Notes: generated by a model from the sequence alone, not told the origin. A stretch of DNA of 63,962 bases, filler included, from Cladosporium halotolerans (GCF_011745625.1; 8 parts of 8 records of this genome joined end to end with filler, not necessarily neighbours in it); one strand, 5' to 3'. Counted from the whole stretch's first letter, positions 13,413 to 25,590 are shown. Program-made: numbers and translations.

Positions 13413-14203
13413 TCATCCCCAAAGCCTCGCCTTCAAACCCTGCAGGTTGTACCACAACAAGACCGACCACTGTTCCCTCACCGCTCCAGTCGCGCTGATG
13501 GCAACGCTTTTGCCATTGTATTCCCCCCTCCTCTCGGCCAGCTCCACGTAGGCAGCGCCTAGATCTGAGTAATTGAGACTTGCACTCTGCCGCTTACTCC
13601 CATCCACCAACAACTCATGGCCAGTGCATTCTGCCCCGACCGTGTCGTGAAGTGCTGGAGGGTCGACGAAAATGTAATCGAAGAACCCTGAATTCTCAGC
13701 TGCTGCGGCATTGTATAACTTCGCGGCCTTGTCCAGGTCATCGTAGAGGTAGTGCAATGTGAATGAGACGATGGGGTAGACGAGCCTGCCTGAATCCTGC
13801 GCATGAACGGGGTTCAACGTCTCGGATCGAAGAACGAGTATGGTAGGCTTAATGTATTTTGGGCCTTGGTCTTTGCGCAGCTGGGCCAGGGAAGAGATGA
13901 TCGCTTCGGCCATATCTTGCGCTATGCGTGTGCCGTATTTGGCTTCGTTGGTCGCAATGCACATGTGCACGACTTCTGCGCCTGATAGGCACGATTGAAG
14001 CGCAGCATAGTCTGTAATTGGCGCTTCGATGATTGATATTTTCGCAGATTGTGTCTTTTCTAGATTTGGAAATGCCGTCAGAAGTTTCGATTTTGATCGG
14101 ACGAGGATTTGATGTTCAAATCTGTGGGAGGCGCGGCGAGGAGGGCACGTAGGACAGCAGCACCAGTTCCGCCTGTTGCTCCGAGCAGAGCGTGAGTGGG
14201 CAT
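13413..14203 (-). pseudogene. avfA: AvfA/AflI-like NAD(P)-dependent oxidoreductase with a 1-bp frameshift near 14109
   Basis: MPTHALLGATGGTG..ILVRSKSKLL.AFP..MCIATN..LRSETLNP..YIFVDPPALHD..LNYSDLGAA..SATGAVREQW matches AvfA as I recall it. ATG 14203 is one base out of frame with the 13970 ORF. Confidence 0.78.
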
Positions 14204-14822
14204 CTTTATGGGTCAGTTGATGATGATTGAGAAATCAAGTCATGCAGAGGCGACGAGCAGATCAAGCTAGATGGGGGACTTGAAGTGTTGTGGGATCATG
14301 AGGTAAGAGACGTCGGGGTGAACGGCTTTCGAAGTTGGTGCCTTGGTCGAAACTTGATCGCTGGATGGTAAGGATTGAGCCAGAGCACCGTTGACGATCT
14401 AGATATACGTAAAGAGGCCACATGGTCGGAAGGTTGAGATTCCTGCATTCCGTCGTGCAGCCACATGGGTTCCATGTAGATCATCTGCACGTGGCCCTGG
14501 CCTCGCAAAGCAAGCCAGGCAATCTGTGGACTTGCACGTGTTCGGAGTTCGCAAGAACCGTCTCCCGAAACGCCAGGGCTTCTGCCACTGTGATGTGCTT
14601 CTTGGAGCGACCTATCAAGTGTCCGGAAACAAAGCAGTCCCCGAAACCCCGCGTCCGACAGCTTGAGCGCTTCGCTCGCGATGTTTTCCACGATCGTCCA
14701 GCACAGGAAGATCCCAAGATACGTTGTTGCACCAACCTATCATCATCCAAGTCTACAAATGCGTACCGGGAAAGTGCGCCACGCACACCACCAAACCTGT
14801 CATGATGTCATCAGGAAGTGGC

Positions 14823-14847
14823 GCAGCAGCAGCAGCAGCAGCAGCAG
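14823..14847. repeat. (GCA)8 microsatellite
   Basis: Read directly from the sequence. Confidence 0.95.
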
Positions 14848-15828
14848 ACGTAGCAGCCCGGTCTTCCAAAGCACAGCATCCTTCAGCTCGTATTTCGTTC
14901 TCGCCTACATCTCGCTTGAGGAGAGCGAGGAATGGAAACGAGTACAATCACATTGTACTCATCAGACGCACGATATTGTAGCATTGAATAAAGCCGCACG
15001 TACGTGCACTTGCGGGCTGGCGTTCATGTCGCACAAAATGCTAAGCATGGCTGAACCTATTCAACATCTGAGCTCAGCTAATCACTCAAGTTCCCATTCA
15101 TTCGAGAGCGTCGGGGCTTTGTTCTCGCTGACTCCCATTCTGAGCTCCACTTGACGGTATTCTGCTGCCTGTCTTCTGAGCGCTTCCCCATGTCGTGCGC
15201 CGAGTGCACCGGCAGCGCATCGAGACTAAGGAGAGCCAGGGTCTCCGGCTGAGGAAATATGTTAGAAGGGTCAGGTAGCACTACATCCATGTCAGTAAAA
15301 TAGCTCTATGTACTCCAGAGATGACCAATTTTTACCGTCCACCAGCCGCGTCGTGATGCTCGTTAGCGCCGTCGTAGATCGGGGTGCGCTTGTTAGGCAG
15401 CCCGAACTCTTGCTCTTTTTCTGTGCTCTCTCTCTCTCGCGGCCAAAAGCGTGCATGCATGCGTCAAGAGATGAGAAGCGTCGGTAGCGCTATCGGACTT
15501 GTTGCCGGAGGCTTGACTTGATAGCAGGGATCTATCGGGATTTGAGATCAAAAGGAGTCTATCACCGCATTCAACCAGGCCCAAAATCAAGGGCCAGAGC
15601 ATAAGGTAAGGCCGTGAGACATGTCTCCTCGCACGCAGCAAGAGACAAGCTGTACGAAAGTCTTGGAACAAAGCAGATCGGAGGCGAAGAAGTACGCGGA
15701 AGGCATCGAGTAGTGGATATATGACAACATGACGGCTCTCGAGTAATTGATTCCTGGAGCCAAAGGTTTGTTATTGCTAAAGGTATGAGCCGGAGATTTC
15801 TAGCAAATGACGTGGGCATACCGGTCGA

Positions 15829-16980
15829 TTACAAATGCACGATATCACTGCGTGTCGAGACCACCTTTGCGGGCTGAAAGCTCACCGGTGAGTGGCCATC
15901 CTGCTCGCTGACGCGCGAGGAACTGTCTTGGTGACTAGAATTGCTAGTCTCCCAAGCTACTGTCTTCGTAATGCCAGTAGCCGCTGCGCACTTGCCTGTG
16001 AGCTCTATCTCGGAGGAAGAAGAGTGCGGCCTCTCTGCTTCTGCCTGATTGCGACTGCTCCTTCCAGTGTAGCTGTTCGCGTCGTTGATTGACGCTCGGC
16101 TTGCGATTTCCTGGACCATAGCCCAATTTCTGCTGCAGAGGGGACGATGCCACTTGCTCCATTCTCTGCCCTGGTGATGGTTAGCACGAGACGTAATGTT
16201 CAAGGTAGGAGACTCTTACAGTCCAATTTGGACCAGGATAACGCGGCGCCAGGCTGTGAAGATATTAGTCTCAGTCATATGGCGGACAACTGTCTGCGTG
16301 GGTACTTACTTGCATCCACAGTAACAACATATAGGTGAAGGTAGCTAAGCATGACCAGAGCCAGAATGCCGGCGACCACATTCCAGAACGCGATGGCTGA
16401 TAACGCGGTCCACTTTGTTTTAGTGACACTGCTCTTGCCTAAGCTGAGCGCCATTCGGAATGGGATCCAGCCTTGTTTCATGTATGATGCAAACGTGATA
16501 GCTGAAGATGTATAGTTGATCCCGAGAAAGACGGACTCGTCCCAGCATTTGGCCTCCACAGTAGGGTCCCAGTTACCTTCCACAGGATCACATTTTGCAA
16601 ACACACATATGACACAAAGGGCGCCAAAGAGAGCTTGCAAGATGCCACTGATATCCATAACGCGACTGAGAGTCTTGTGAGTTTTCACATTATGGAATAG
16701 CCACGTTCTATAATGCAAGACCTGTCCTACTACCGAGAGCGTATAGCACCCGACATTGAAGGCTGCTTGTTTCAGCAACCGCATACGGAGGAATGAGGTT
16801 ATTACTTACGATAGCCGGTTGTTTGCCAGAAAGCTGCGCGAATGAGGCTTTGCATTCCATTGGGTTTGGCCAGTATTTCATCCTGATGTGTACCGAATCC
16901 ATAGTGCATCGAAATGATGACAAAAACCCCGGATATCCTCGCCAAAAGGCAACGGAGGAGAACACTGATCTCCTACTAAC
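15829..16980 (-). pseudogene. PTH11-like integral membrane protein, degraded
   Basis: HYGFGTH, CDPVEGNWDPTVEAKCWD, GITKTVAW tail; interrupted by stops and frame changes. Confidence 0.65.
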
Positions 16981-17024
16981 CCTCGCCAAAAGGCAACGGA
17001 GGAGAACACTGATCTCCTACTAAC
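16937..17024. repeat. Perfect 44-bp tandem duplication at the contig end
   Basis: CCTCGCCAAAAGGCAACGGAGGAGAACACTGATCTCCTACTAAC occurs twice in tandem. Confidence 0.95.
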
Positions 17025-17035
17025 CCTAAGGCGGC

Positions 17036-17135
17036 NNNNNNNNNNNNNNNNNNNNNNNNNNNNNNNNNNNNNNNNNNNNTTAATTAATTAANNNNNNNNN
17101 NNNNNNNNNNNNNNNNNNNNNNNNNNNNNNNNNNN
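17036..17135. other. Artificial contig linker
   Basis: N44-TTAATTAATTAA-N44. Confidence 0.99.
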
Positions 17136-17231
17136 GAATCTGATTATTCAGGTCCGAGCTCAATCAGGGACCTGATTGATTGATTACCTGATTGATTATC
17201 TGATTGAGAAAATCAAGATTCAAGATCTATG
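17136..17231. mobile_element. DNA transposon terminus, family A (second copy)
   Basis: 96 bp identical to 8662-8757. Confidence 0.8.
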
Positions 17232-18549
17232 CCTTGGCACCAAACCCTGTTAACAATCGGCATTGTCGCATTCTGCGCATTTTTTAACATCTTCCTGGCG
17301 CCACGACTACCACTCATGGAAGCAATTGTTCTCGTTCTCCACGTTGCGGGCGTATTCGTCATTATCATACCTCTCTGGGTGACTGCACCTCGTGGCAATG
17401 CTCACGACACGATCTTGAATTTCACAAACGGCGGCGGGTGGCAATCCGATGGTCTTTCGTACGCAATTGGCATAGTGCCAATGATTGGAATGCTTATTGT
17501 AAGCTAATGAGCAGAGCGCTCTGACGGCCTTCCGATAGGGTTGATTCGTTTATGGACACCCACGCTAACGCTATTAGGGATATGATTGCTCCATCCATAT
17601 GTCCGAAGAGACTAACGATGCATCGCGAACGATTCCACTTGTCGTGTTGTGGGCGGTAGCTGCCAATGCCCTAATGCTGATTGTTGTTGGAATCACATTC
17701 ATCTTCTGTCTTGGAGACCTTGACAGTGTCCTTAACTCCCCTACCGGACAACCTATGATTCAGGTATTCTATAATGCGACCCAGAGCCAGGCTGGAACGG
17801 GGGTAATGGTTGCCGTGGTCATTGTCGTTTTTGTGTCGGCTTGCGTTGGGCAGGTAGCTACGGCTTCGCGTCAGATGTGGTCGTTTGCGCGCGACCAAGG
17901 TAAGTCACAGCCGCATACTCCACAAGAATTGTGTTTTGCAAAAACTCTGCTTACCAAACATTTCCAAAGGATTTCCAGGTTCCAAATTTCTCGAGAAGGT
18001 GCCCGCGGTATGGAATATTCCCATCAACGCCATTCTACTGTCTGCTATCATCACCTCCTTGTTGTCTTTGATCAATCTCGGTCTGTATCATCGCCCAAGC
18101 CTGAGGAACGAAAAACATACTGAATGGATGAATCAGGATCCCAAACCGCCTTCAACGCTTTCAATTCACTCGGAACTGTCTCGATCCTATTCTCTTACAC
18201 TATCACGATAGCGTGCTTGATTTGGCGTCGACTCTTTGGTGCGCCGCTGCCACCGAGAAGATGGTCGCTTGGACGAGTTGGATTACCGGTCAATGTGGTT
18301 GCCTTGTGTCTAACTACGCCCATGCTATTCTTCTACGTTTGGCCAGTGTACTTCCCTGTCACTATGGAGAACATGTAAGATACTTTCTCAAATCACGACT
18401 TCTTGAGGAGAGCTGACATCAAAACGTGCAGGAATTGGTCTAGCACAATGCTTGGAGGTGTTGCTATCCTTGCATATATCTACTATGTTATTCAAGGACG
18501 ACACTCGTACGATGGTCCCGTGGTGCTAGTTAAGCGCGATGCGTTGTAA
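17232..18549 (+). CDS. Amino-acid/choline/GABA permease (APC family), 3' part, cut at its 5' side by the TE
   Basis: PWHQTLL, FTNGGGW, GYDCSIHMSEE, ASRQMWSFARD, NIPINAI, NWSS, ending GPVVLVKRDAL*; several introns. Confidence 0.88.
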
Positions 18550-19179
18550 TGCATCGCATTTTGGAACCTCCTACTTTCAACCCCATTCTTTTCTCATTCA
18601 TGCTATTGAAACCCTTCAATCGGATATTGACGTCATGGGACTGATTGATGCTAGTTTCCAGTTCGCGCCCGAAAGCCTGCGGACCTTCGAGTGCACTTGC
18701 AAACGGATTATGTCAACGAAAGATATTCGAATTGATGCCGAAGTGCCTTTTCGCCGGAAATCGCTTGTCCGGATATCTCTCTCAGAGACAGTGGCTACCG
18801 ATGCTTGATTTCGAAACATTGATGGAGAGATACCGCCTTTCGAAAGGTCGGCGGAATTTGTCGAAATAGACGAGATGCTCGCATTATTGACGTTCAACGT
18901 ATTGACTAGTCCCAGCTGTCACCTTTGCAGGTCCTCGACATTTACAGAGCACGCTAAGAAAGTCGCGGCTTCCACATTGGGTCGCGTGATTGGTGAGATG
19001 CATGACTCACGCGAAGCTTCGTCATGTGCCGCCTTTGTACAACACGCCCTGTCGGATGGTCGACGTCGCGAAGGCGAAGCGTTCCTAAGGTAGGCTACAA
19101 GAATCGTCCAGAGGTGATCGCAAAACTTGAAGACATTTGGCGCATCGTCTATCGTGTGGACGACATCAAATCTTGCGCC

Positions 19180-19961
19180 ATGTCCGCCCTCAGACTTTCA
19201 GGCTGCGTGATCTTACTAAATGGTTTCCCTGGCGTCGGCAAGCTGACCATCGCGCGGTGCCTACAGTCGGCTCTTGTCAATGTCAGGTCCCGACTCATTG
19301 ACAATCATCTCATGATTGATCCCGCCGAAGCAATCTATCCTGGCCGAGGAGCTCCGTATAGAGTATTTCGGGACCGGATGAGACAAGCCATTTTCGATGA
19401 TCTCAAGGCCCTTCCCGAGGATGATACCGTTCTGATCATGACATGCTCACTTGGAGCAAACTTTGAGGATGCCGCAGTGTTTGCGGAGTATCTCGAGGTG
19501 GGTTGACCAGTGGATTATACGTTAAACCCATGCCGTTCTGCGGTCCGACTGACTATGTGTTCTTCACTAGGTTGCTAGATCTCGAAACATGCCCTGCTAT
19601 ACGTTCACAATGTATTGCGTAAGAGAGCAACACAAACTGCGACTTCAGTCCCCTGATAGAATTCTGGGTGAAAGGAGCAAGCTAGTGCAGCCAGGCAAGT
19701 CAATCATGCCCGAAAACAGTTATAAAACACGTGAAGAGAGCGTTCCTAACCAACGGATCCACAATAGCTGTTCTTGACGATTTGCTATCGAACAACGAGT
19801 TGCTGAATCCGTTCGATCGATCTCTCGGATACGAGTTCGAAATCGGCATGCACTTAAAGCACAGCTCGTTAGACGTAATTGAGCTCACGCCCGAAGAAAG
19901 CGCCGACCGCATCCTCAATATTATCATACAGGACTTGGAGGGCGCGGGCGGCAAGGACTAG
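19180..19961 (+). CDS. P-loop small-molecule kinase-like protein (chloramphenicol phosphotransferase/AAA_33-like), about 3 exons
   Basis: ILLNGFPGVGKLTIA, LIDNHLMIDP, RLQSPDR, LDVIELTPEESA. Confidence 0.7.
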
Positions 19962-20876
19962 CCTATGCTAATGAGTATACCATTTCTCCAACGGTATCGA
20001 CTTCGAGATTCCAGGCACTTATAGAGAAAGGCAAAGAATTTGTCTAGAATAATAGCCACATCTGTCATAAGCTCAGAAGTTGAACACAGTAGTGTCACAA
20101 TTGTTTTCAACATCGCGACGTATACCGGCGCCTCTAGTTGAACAGCAATAACGCAAGCGCGTTCGGAAGGGCATATTATTCCAACTTATGGGTGAAGGTT
20201 GTAAAGGCAATGACTGAAAACACGTATAACATAGGTTCGGCTAACAGAGCAGCTGCTGAACGTACTCTCTCGTCCCCTAGTGGGAGATGGAATCCTCGTA
20301 GTGATGTCTTTTCGCAATGCGTCGTCTGAAACGCGCTAGGGAACTCTCACCAGCGTATTTAAGCTCAGAGAACATTCAATACTTGCAGAAGGTGCTCTTC
20401 GCAAGACAGACATGGCTGCGCAACGTATCGAGATGATACAATCTCGCGTTCGCATTTATTGATACCCCGAACACGTGCTCGCCGTGCTGTGCAACTGAAA
20501 CGCGTACACAACTAGGCGGCTGCATCCTACAGCGCCACAAGAGCCCTATTCAGGCGAGGATCGGCGGTGCTGTGTCAGTACAGCTCGTTCCGCTTAGGTG
20601 AGACTAGCGTTGCGCGCAGCGTCTGACGTTGCCATTGGCTTGCTCGTTATTTTGGAACATGCAAGCCGACCCAGCATGTCTTGGCTCCCAGGCATCAGCA
20701 CTCGTTCATTTCTTAGTGGACCGCTCGCATATCTGGTAAGGTACCCGTGATCTTGTAGAGCGGCAGAGGCAGCATAAATACAATGTCGTAGCTTTGACAG
20801 TGGGTAGCCATTCGCTACTCACTACAGCGATCGAATCATCTCTTTTACGAAAGAAGACACTCTCAATATCCTCGAG

Positions 20877-23720
20877 ATGTTTTTTGGATCTCACGCAGCT
20901 CTCGTCGTGGTATGCATTGTCGCGTTCTTCGATGTTGTGGCACAGGCCAACGATGATCTGAGATGGGTGCCCTTTGACCGCCAACAATTCAACGGAAGTG
21001 TTGCTCTGGACACAAATGCTGACGTTCAGCTGTACTGGAAAATTGGGGAAGAGTACTCGACGTTTGGCATCGCTTCTCGATCAAGCGGCTACCTGGCTGT
21101 AGGGTTCAGTCAAACTGGTGCCATGACTGGTGCCGACATTGCTGTTGGGTATACAGACCAAGACGGCGTATTCAGCTTCGAGAACCGCCATGCATCCGGT
21201 TTCGTGACTCCAGAGGTCTCGCAGGATCAAGAAGGCAACATGCGTTTCAAAGAAGGATATCAGGCCGATGGAGTCACTGCCTTCATTTTCGAGAAAAAGA
21301 ACAAAGCCAGCTGCCTTGAAACACAAGCCGACGTTGCCGTAACCTCGTGGCAATGGATGATCTACGCTTTCTCGCAGGACAACAGCTTTTCCCAGCATGG
21401 TCCTGGCGAGAATGGCAAGAAGTATGTCAGACTCGGCAACGGGAAGGTGATATCCACACTCGACACTCCAGCCATGCCCGGAACCAGGAACTGGACAATC
21501 ACGCAGCCTGAGGTAATGATCCCTACCGCAGAGACAACCTATTGTTATAGTCTTCACAAGGTGCCTGTGGCCAACAAGAATTTCCTGCTCGCCGAGAGAC
21601 CAACCCAGTCCAGTCCGCTTTTGCATCACTTAGTTGTCTATGCATGCTATGGAATGCCTCAAGGCCTTAAGGAAATGGAAGGCAAACAGCCCAACTGCGA
21701 ATGGGAAACTTTCTCCAACCCTTGCAGCGGATTCGTGACAGAGTGGGCTCCTGGCATGTCTGGCCGTACATTCGAACCTGGATACGGTAAGCCCTTCGGC
21801 TCCGAGCTCTATGAATATGTGATGTTTGAGACCCACTACAACAACCCCGAAGGTCTGGAGGGAGAGAAAGATGCTGCGAGTTACACATTCCTGTACAACG
21901 ACATTCCTGTGGAAACAGAAATCGGTACGCTAACCCTGGGCGACCTTCAAGTGACCGGTTGGTTCCTTGAGCCTGGAAAAGAGCTTGTCCCTCATTCGAC
22001 GGTCTGCACACCAGAATGCACTCGAAAGTGGCCCTCGGAGGGGATCACTGCCGTCTCTGTGTTTCATCACATGCACTACAGAGGCCGCAATACCAAGGTC
22101 CAAATCATTCGTAATGGCACTGAAATCAGCTCGTTATCCTCACTTCGCGACTTTGAGTACGGGTATCAATTTTCTAAGAGCTTGGATGAGATCAAACTTC
22201 TCCCGGGGGATAAATTCATCACAACTTGCGAATACGATACCTCAAAAGATACCGAACCAGTGCCGGGTGGCCTGTCGAGCCAGGAAGAAATGTGTTTCGC
22301 TTGGGTTGACTATTACCCAGCAAACGATGTTCTCGCCTGTACGCAATTCGATCTAGGGAGCGCCGCCGAGAATCAGATCAATGGCACAGTGGCGGTGTGT
22401 ATGGAGTCCACTGCAGAGGCTCCGGATGTTGTTCCATCGGCCTATTTGAATTCCACTTTCGAATCGCTCCCCGTTACCGGTGACAACTGCCCAGCGGCAA
22501 GCTCCCCGGGATCGAACCCGCCTGGGAGCTCTGATGAAGCAGCTGTCCTGAGCACATGTCCGGAAACTGAAGTCTGTTTCTCGATCCACGTACCACGGGA
22601 ATCTGCAAGCTCCGGGTCCGGAGACATCTATCTTCAGTTATCGGCGCCAACGACGTACTCCTGGGTTGCCCTTGCGCAAGGCACGACGATGACAAATGCC
22701 AACATGTTCCTCATGTATAGCTCAGCCGATGGCACAAACGTGACCCTGTCACCGCGGAATGCACCAGAACACTCCATGCCCACACGCAATGATGCTGCGA
22801 ACGTCTCCCTTTTGGAAGGCTCCGGGATCTCCGACGGCAGGATGACAGCCAATTTCAGGTGCAGCAATTGCCATGAGTGGAGCTCAGGTGGCATGAGCTT
22901 TGCCAGTGACAGTAGCGACTGGCTGTATGCATACCGCCAGGGACCATCGATTGTCTCCGACGACACGAATGCTGCAATAAGCATTCATGATAGACACGGA
23001 GTTTTCCAGTGGAATCTTTCCCGAGCCACTGGAGGCTCGAAGTTGAACCCTTTCACCGGTGCGGCAGGGAACACGACATCAAACTCCCCCGCGAGTGTGT
23101 CAGGATGGGAAAGGCTGTCAGCAACCGTCCGACGGCGCTTCGTGCAAGCTCATGGGGCTCTGGCAGCTGTTGCCTTCGTCGCAATATTTCCTACCGGTGC
23201 TTTGCTTGTACGTCTAGCCAGCTTCAGTGGGTTCGCTTGGGCTCATGGTGCTTTGCAGATCTTTGGCTACACCGTCTTCGTCGCTGCAGCTGGTCTGGGA
23301 ATTTTCATGGCGAGCTCAAGTGACAGGTTACAAGAACCTCACGCGATAATCGGCATGGTTCTTCTCGCAGTATTCTTCTTCATGCCATTTGTTGGTGTTG
23401 TCCATCACAAGGTGTTCGGGAAAGTACACAAGCGGACTTGGTGGTCTTACTCTCACATCTTCGTTGGGCGGTTTGGTGTTCTCCTCGGCATGATCAATGG
23501 TGGCCTTGGTCTTCAACTAGCTGATGCCGGCAGATCTCCGAAGATTGCATACGGTGTTCTGGGAGGACTGATGGGAGTCGTGTACTGCGGCGTTGTCTTT
23601 TTCGGCGAAATCAGACGTGGCAAAACGCTTCCACGAAATGTCGCGACCGTCTCGAAGCCAAAGCAGTTGGGTCCAGATGATAGTGATAGAGCTGCATCTC
23701 CGGAGCGTCGCCTGCCATGA
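20877..23720 (+). CDS. DOMON + copper type II monooxygenase (DBH/MOXD1-like) + CDH-type cytochrome DOMON + cytochrome b561 fusion
   Basis: Signal peptide; GAMTGADI; Cu ligands LLHHLVV, ETHYNNP, FHHMHYRG, EEMC; second DOMON GTTMTNA, CSNC, ISIHDRHG; b561 histidines in AHGAL, AHGALQ, PHAIIG, SHIFVGR; single 947-aa ORF. Confidence 0.9.
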   Translation: MFFGSHAALVVVCIVAFFDVVAQANDDLRWVPFDRQQFNGSVALDTNADVQLYWKIGEEYSTFGIASRSSGYLAVGFSQTGAMTGADIAVGYTDQDGVFSFENRHASGFVTPEVSQDQEGNMRFKEGYQADGVTAFIFEKKNKASCLETQADVAVTSWQWMIYAFSQDNSFSQHGPGENGKKYVRLGNGKVISTLDTPAMPGTRNWTITQPEVMIPTAETTYCYSLHKVPVANKNFLLAERPTQSSPLLHHLVVYACYGMPQGLKEMEGKQPNCEWETFSNPCSGFVTEWAPGMSGRTFEPGYGKPFGSELYEYVMFETHYNNPEGLEGEKDAASYTFLYNDIPVETEIGTLTLGDLQVTGWFLEPGKELVPHSTVCTPECTRKWPSEGITAVSVFHHMHYRGRNTKVQIIRNGTEISSLSSLRDFEYGYQFSKSLDEIKLLPGDKFITTCEYDTSKDTEPVPGGLSSQEEMCFAWVDYYPANDVLACTQFDLGSAAENQINGTVAVCMESTAEAPDVVPSAYLNSTFESLPVTGDNCPAASSPGSNPPGSSDEAAVLSTCPETEVCFSIHVPRESASSGSGDIYLQLSAPTTYSWVALAQGTTMTNANMFLMYSSADGTNVTLSPRNAPEHSMPTRNDAANVSLLEGSGISDGRMTANFRCSNCHEWSSGGMSFASDSSDWLYAYRQGPSIVSDDTNAAISIHDRHGVFQWNLSRATGGSKLNPFTGAAGNTTSNSPASVSGWERLSATVRRRFVQAHGALAAVAFVAIFPTGALLVRLASFSGFAWAHGALQIFGYTVFVAAAGLGIFMASSSDRLQEPHAIIGMVLLAVFFFMPFVGVVHHKVFGKVHKRTWWSYSHIFVGRFGVLLGMINGGLGLQLADAGRSPKIAYGVLGGLMGVVYCGVVFFGEIRRGKTLPRNVATVSKPKQLGPDDSDRAASPERRLP

Positions 23721-24098
23721 TAGTATAGCAGCATGAAAATCTGGTATTATTATGCGATGAGAGGTAACTCTGCTTTGGTGACTAAGCAGGCTTTCCCGCC
23801 GCCCCACGTTCCGTTCGGTCCGTCGCCGCATCGCTTCGCACCCCGTCAGTCCGGTGTTTCGTCCAGGCACGCCGCTACGCAATCCCCCGCATGGAGGCGT
23901 GGGCGTGTGACGTGCGGCTTTCATACCACGCGGACTTTTGCATTTGCAAGCGTCAAATAGCTCCCGTCTACTAAACCCTCCTAGGCTCTCTGTTCCATCA
24001 GTACTCTCCAGCTGGAGTGCTAAGGTAGGCATCCTACGCCAGTGCTGTCCTTGTCTCTCTCGACTCTTCCGTACGTCTTCTCTCCCTCACTGCCCTGC

Positions 24099-25196
24099 AT
24101 GGTCAACATGCACTTTATCATCACTTTCGCACTGGTGGCACAGGCCCTGGCCATAAGCAGCGACCAGCAGCAGCAGCCCTTGGTCAAGAATCCCAGAAAG
24201 TATTCCGTCCAGACGCCTCCCTTGGATACAGACTGGACATATCAGGTGGGAACAAATCCGTGGCCCCAGTATCCCAGACCAAAGCTGGTCCGGTCTCAAT
24301 GGAAAAGTTTGAATGGCATTTGGACGTACTCGAGCGCATCGAGTCGCGGCGCTGTTAGCGATCCGCCGTTCAATACTACACTGTCGCAAGAGGTTTTGGT
24401 ACCATTCTGCTTGGAGAGTGGCTTATCTGGCATACAAGGCTCAAATACGATCTACTCCTGGTACAAAACCGCCTTCACAGTGCCATCCTCGTGGAAGAGC
24501 GAGCGAGTGCTGCTGAACTTTGGAGCCGTTGACTACGAGGCGACAGTGTTCGTCAACGGCCACAATGCTACGTTTCATCGCGGTGGCTATTCTGCTTTCA
24601 GCGTCGACGTGACCGACTATCTTAACGGCCAGCAGAATGAACTGTACGTGCCCGCCATCCCCTTGAGCAGCAATGACTGACTCCTGTAGCATCGTTTTCG
24701 CCTTTGATCCCACAGACGGCGATGACTTCGTTATTCCAGTGGGCAAGCAAACCCTGAACCCTTCGCATATTTTCTACCGGCCATGTAGCGGCATCTGGCA
24801 GACTGTCTGGATCGAGCCTGCTCCCAAAAACCACATCAGCGACCTGAACATCAACGGTGATGCTGGCGGCCAAGTCAACCTGACAGTCATTGCCTCTCAG
24901 AGCAAGAGCTCGAGCGTGGACATTACCATTCGCGAAAAGGCAAGCATGCAGCAAAACATCCGAATTGTGCAAATGAAGCTGAGAATGTCTAGGGAAGCAA
25001 AACTCTTGTGGCAAAGCATAGCGGCTTTGTGGGATCCCCGATCACGTTCACCGTGCAGTCGGCCAATCTTTGGTCTCCAGACTCCCCGACCCTCTACGAT
25101 GTCTCTATCAAGATGGGAGCGGACAACATAACCACCTACACCGGCTTCAGAACGGTCAGCAAGGATAGGGCCAATGGCGTGCAAAGAGTCTTTTTG
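24099..25196 (+). CDS. Secreted glycoside hydrolase family 2, N-terminal part (incomplete)
   Basis: Signal peptide; PWPQYPRP, WKSLNGIW, VPFCLESGLSGI, LNFGAVDYEATVFVNG, SGIWQTVWIE, LWSPDSPTLY, YTGFRT. Confidence 0.88.
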
Positions 25197-25294
25197 GTGA
25201 GTCTGAGTGCATCAACCTGAAGATGCTCTGGGGTAGAGTTTACGTTCCTTCTCTGGCGTCCTTACGCTTTGCATGCGGGATTGGACCGAACCTC

Positions 25295-25392
25295 CAGTGC
25301 TGTTATTGGTTCGGTTGGTGCTGGTTCTGTGGTCAAACCGACACCAACCGGCAACTCGACATGTAAGAACCATTTGACCAGATGGTGAACCA
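25295..25392. mobile_element. Possible hAT-like terminus, family C (CAGTGCTGTTATTGG...)
   Basis: Starts with CAGTG, has dense GGTT/AACC subterminal repeats and ends at the gap; only one copy seen. Confidence 0.45.
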
Positions 25393-25492
25393 NNNNNNNN
25401 NNNNNNNNNNNNNNNNNNNNNNNNNNNNNNNNNNNNTTAATTAATTAANNNNNNNNNNNNNNNNNNNNNNNNNNNNNNNNNNNNNNNNNNNN
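25393..25492. other. Artificial contig linker
   Basis: N44-TTAATTAATTAA-N44. Confidence 0.99.
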
Positions 25493-25590
25493 CATTGCCA
25501 TTTCTCAGACAGACAGACAAGCCACCGCTCCTTAGGTAAGCAGACCAGACACTCCCGAAAATCTTGTCTGTCTGTCTGATGAACACCCTG
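25493..25590. mobile_element. hAT-like terminus, family B (TIR CAGGGTGTTCATCAGACAGAC)
   Basis: Ends GTCTGTCTGATGAACACCCTG, the exact reverse complement of the sequence starting at 41832; CAGA subterminal repeats. Confidence 0.8.
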
